Assembly: GCF_009914755.1 (NCBI RefSeq)
Contig: NC_060937.1
Length of the DNA: 64,000 nucleotides
Strand: one strand, 5' to 3'
DNA from: the human T2T-CHM13v2.0 reference genome, Homo sapiens
Below the pieces are notes generated by a model. That model worked only from the letters and a program-made list of their open reading frames with translations. It had not been told where the DNA came from and did not search any database. A program made the position numbers and the translations under genes. Shown in pieces: positions 60,431-64,000 of the stretch; the first letter of the stretch is position 1, and each line of letters opens with the position of its first letter.

Positions 60431-63400
60431 TGAAAGTACATGAAATATATATTTTATTCTCTACATAAAATATCAAAGTACACCAAATATATATTCTATA
60501 CTGTACATAAAATATCAAGGTACCCAAACTATACATTATATACTGTACATAAAATATGAAATTACATCAAAAATTTATTATATTAGGTACATAAAATATG
60601 AAAGTACATCAAATATAGATTATATACTGTACATAAAATATCAAAGTACCCAAATATATATCATATACTGTACATGAAATATCAAAGTTCACAAACTATA
60701 TATTATATACTGTACATAAAATATCAAAGTACCCAAACTATACATTATATACTGTACATAAAATATGAAATTACATCAAATATATATTTTATTAGGTATG
60801 TAAAATATGAAAGTACATCAAATAGAGGTTATATACTGTACATAAAATACCAAAGTACCCCAAATATATATTTTAAACTGTACAGGAAATATCAAAGTTC
60901 TCAAACTATATATTATATACTGCACCTAAAATATCAAAGTACCCAAGGTATATATTCCATAATGTACAAAAAATATCAAAGTACCCAAAGCATATATTAT
61001 ATGCTGTACATAAAATATGAAAGTAGATGTAATATATATTTTATTCTCTACATAAAATATCAAAGTACACCAAATATATATTCTATATTGTACATAAAAT
61101 ATCAAGGTACCCAAACTATACATTATATACTGTACATAAAATATGAAATTACATCAAATATATATTATATTAGGTACATAAAATATGAAAGTACATCAAA
61201 TATAGATTATATACTGTACATAAAATATCAAAGTACCCAAACTATACATTATATACTGTACATAAAAGATGAAATTACATCAAATATATATTATATTAGG
61301 TATGTAAAATATGAAAGTACATCAAATATAGATTATATACTGTACATAAAATACCAAAGTACCCCAAATATATATTTTATACTGTACAGGAAATATCAAA
61401 GTTCTCAAACTATATATTATATACTGCACATAAAATATCAAAGTACCCAAGGTATATATTCCATACTGTACAAAAAATATCAAAGTACCCAAAGCATATA
61501 TTATATGCTGTACATAAAATATGAAAGTACATCATATATATATTTTATTCTGCACATAAATTATCAAAGTACACCAAATATATATTCTATAATGTACATA
61601 AAATATCAAGGTACCCAAACTATACATTATATACTGTACATAAAATATGAAATTACATCAAATATATATTATATTAGGTACATAAAATATGAAAGTACAT
61701 CAAATATAGATTATATACTGTACATAAAATATCAAAGTACCCAAATATATATCATATACTGTACATGAAATATCAAAGTTCACAAACTATATATTTTATA
61801 CTGTACATAAAATATCAAAGTACCCACACTATACATTATATACTGTACATAAAATATGAAATTACATCCAATATATATTATATTAGGTATGTAAAATATG
61901 AAAGTACATCAAATATAGATTATATACTGTACATAAAATACCAAAATACCCCAAATATATATTTTATACTGTACATGAAATATCAAAGTTCTCAAACTAT
62001 ATATTATATACTGCACATAAAATATCAAAGTACCCAAGGTATATATTCCATACTGTACAAAAAATATCAAAGTATCCAAAGCATATATTATATGCTGTAC
62101 ATAAAATATGAAAGTACATGAAATATATATTTTATTCTCTACATAAAATATCAAAGTACACCAAATATATATTCTATACTGTACATAAAATATCAAGTTA
62201 CCCAAACTATACATTATATACTGTACATAAAATATGAAATTACATCAAATATATATTATATTAGGTACATCAAATATGAAAGTACATCAAATATAGATTA
62301 TATACTGTACATAAAATATCAAAGTACCCAAATATATATCATATACTGTACATGAAATATCAAAGTTCACAAACTATATATTATATACTGTACATAAAAT
62401 ATAAAAGTACCCAAACTATACATTATATACTGTACATAAAATATGAAATTACATCAAATATATATTTTATTAGGTATGTAAAATATGAAAGTACATCAAA
62501 TATAGATTCTATACTGTACATAAAATACCAAAGTACCCCAAATATATATTTAATACTGTACATGAAATATCAAAGTTCTCATACTGTATATTATATAGTG
62601 CACATAAAATATCAAAGTACCCAAGGTATATATTCCATACAGTACAAAAATTATCAAAGTACCCAAAGCATATATTATATGCTGTACATAAAATATGAAA
62701 GTACATCAAATATATATTTTATTCTGTACATAAAATATCAAAGTACACCCAATATATATTCTATACTGTACATAAAATATCAAGGTACCCAAACTATACA
62801 TTATATACTGTACATAAAATATGAAATTACATCAAATATATATTATATTAGGTACATAAAATATGAAAGTACATCAAATATAGATTATATACTGTACATA
62901 AAATATCAAAGTACCCAAATATATATCATATACTGTACATGAAATATCAAAGTTCACAAACTATATATTATATACTGTACATAAAATATCAAAGTACCCA
63001 CACTATACATTATATACTGTACATAAAATATGAAATTACATCAAATATATATTATATTAGGTATGTAAAATATGAAAGTACATCTAATATAGATTATATA
63101 CTGTATATAAAATACCAAAGTACCCCAAATATATATTTTATACTATACATGAAATATCAAAGTTCTCAAACTATATATTATATACTGCACATAAAATATC
63201 AAAGTACCCAAGGTATATATTCCATACTGTACAAAAAATATCAAAGTACCCAAAGCATATATTTTATGCTGTACATAAAATATGAAAGTACATGAAATAT
63301 ATATTTTATTCTCTACATAAAATATCAAAGTACACCAAATATATATTCTATACTGTACATAAAATATCAAGGTACCCAAACTATACATTATATACTGTAC

Positions 63401-64000
63401 ATAAAATATGAAATTACATCAAATATATATTATATTAGGTACATAAAATATGAAAGTACATCAAATATAGATTATATACTGTACATAAAATATCAAAGTA
63501 CCCAAATATATATCATATACTGTACATGAAATATCAAAGTTCACAAACTATATATTATATACTGTACATAAAATATCAAAGTACCCAAACTATACATTAT
63601 ATACTGTACATAAAATATGAAATTACATCAAATATATATTATCTTAGGTATGTAAAATATGAAAGTACATCAAATATAGATTATATACTGTACATAAAAT
63701 ACCAAAGTACCCCAAATATATATTTTATACTGTACATGAAATATCAAAGTTCTCAAACTATATATTATATACTGCACATAAAATATCAAAGTACCCAAGG
63801 TATATATTCCATACTGTACAAAAAATATCAAAGTACCCAAAGCATATATTATATGCTGTACATAAAATATGAAAGTACATGAAATATATATTTTATTCTG
63901 TACATAATATATCAAAGTACACCAAATATATATTCTATACTGTACATAAAATATCAAGGTACCCAAACTATACATTATATACTGTACATAAAATATGAAA

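Larger units (their letters stand above)
1..64000 (+). repeat. HSat1A (human satellite I / SAR family) 42-bp tandem satellite array, extending beyond both window edges
   Basis: Seen: continuous 42-bp period, e.g. ACATAAAATATCAAAGT (17 bp) + ACCCAAACTATACATTATATACTGT (25 bp), with TGTACA in nearly every monomer. Two monomers counted by hand are 17% and 24% GC. The + strand is A-rich throughout. Established: the 17+25 bp RsaI-delimited 42-mer is the classical satellite I / HSat1A unit of pericentromeric and acrocentric heterochromatin. Confidence 0.97.
46004..64000 (+). repeat. Long regular 14-mer (587 bp) HOR block, continuing past the window end
   Basis: Unit starts at exact 587-bp spacing within runs: 46591, 47178, 47765, 48352, 48939; 50113, 50700, 51287, 51874; 56565 to 60674 (8 starts); 61765, 62352, 62939, 63526. 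Confidence 0.95.

Noticed and set aside
32420-63882. Tandem 196/118-aa ORFs with ATGA overlaps resembling a translationally coupled operon
   Set aside because: This is a consequence of the 1-bp deletion before the TGTACATGA motif. There are no ribosome-binding sites or promoters, and the DNA is primate satellite.
4821-63975. Minus-strand 65-115 aa hydrophobic ORFs (MYSLGTLIFYVQY...) resembling membrane proteins
   Set aside because: They are T-rich antisense translations of the repeat and appear mainly where the D-monomer C->G variant removes a minus-strand stop.
1-64000. CRISPR-like array (conserved CTGTACATAAAATAT core with variable intervening sequence)
   Set aside because: The intervening parts are homologous to each other and cycle with period 9 or 14. 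There are no unique spacers, leader or cas genes.
1-64000. Alpha satellite with CENP-B boxes, HSat1B, HSat2/3 or telomeric repeat
   Set aside because: No 171-bp unit, CENP-B box, Alu-containing multi-kb unit, CATTC repeat or TTAGGG run was seen. TTAGGT in monomer G is a single non-tandem motif.
1-64000. Transposon insertions or strand inversions
   Set aside because: No non-satellite sequence or switch to the T-rich strand was seen, and monomer phase is accounted for wherever I checked.
1-64000. TATA boxes, steroid-receptor half-sites (TGTACA) and hairpin-forming palindromes as regulatory elements
   Set aside because: These are expected in ~80% AT DNA. No full spaced response element or long inverted repeat was seen, and nothing supports function.
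1-64000. Assignment to a particular chromosome or species
   Set aside because: HSat1A lies on several human chromosomes and in great apes. The window has no unique flank, so alignment to T2T assemblies is required.

Overview
The whole 64 kb window is one uninterrupted, single-orientation, very AT-rich (~20% GC) tandem array of the 42-bp primate satellite HSat1A (human satellite I / SAR). Each monomer is a 17-bp plus a 25-bp unit delimited by GTAC. The source is human or great ape; species and chromosome cannot be fixed from the sequence alone. There are no genes, RNA genes, transposons or inversions. The ORF track is an artefact of a stop-free 14-codon monomer, but it is a useful barcode for typing monomers, named here A=SSQT, B=TQG, C=TQSM, D=ESTSNIYF, E=TPNIYS, F=TQTIH, G=EITS, H=ESTSNID, I=TPNIYY..M. 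From 1 to ~23.5 kb the array uses the known 9-monomer 378-bp higher-order repeat (HOR). From ~23.5 kb to the end it switches to a derived 14-monomer 587-bp HOR (A F G' H I + A' B C' D E F' G H I*, with I* 41 bp). Older 9-mer islands sit at ~26.2-28.8, ~37.7-39.6 and ~45.5-46.0 kb. The window records HOR evolution: recurrent 4/5-monomer register slips, emerging 1174/1512/2346-bp super-periods, in-phase long-range copy blocks, and a very recent expansion at 58-60 kb. I found no supportable protein-coding system.
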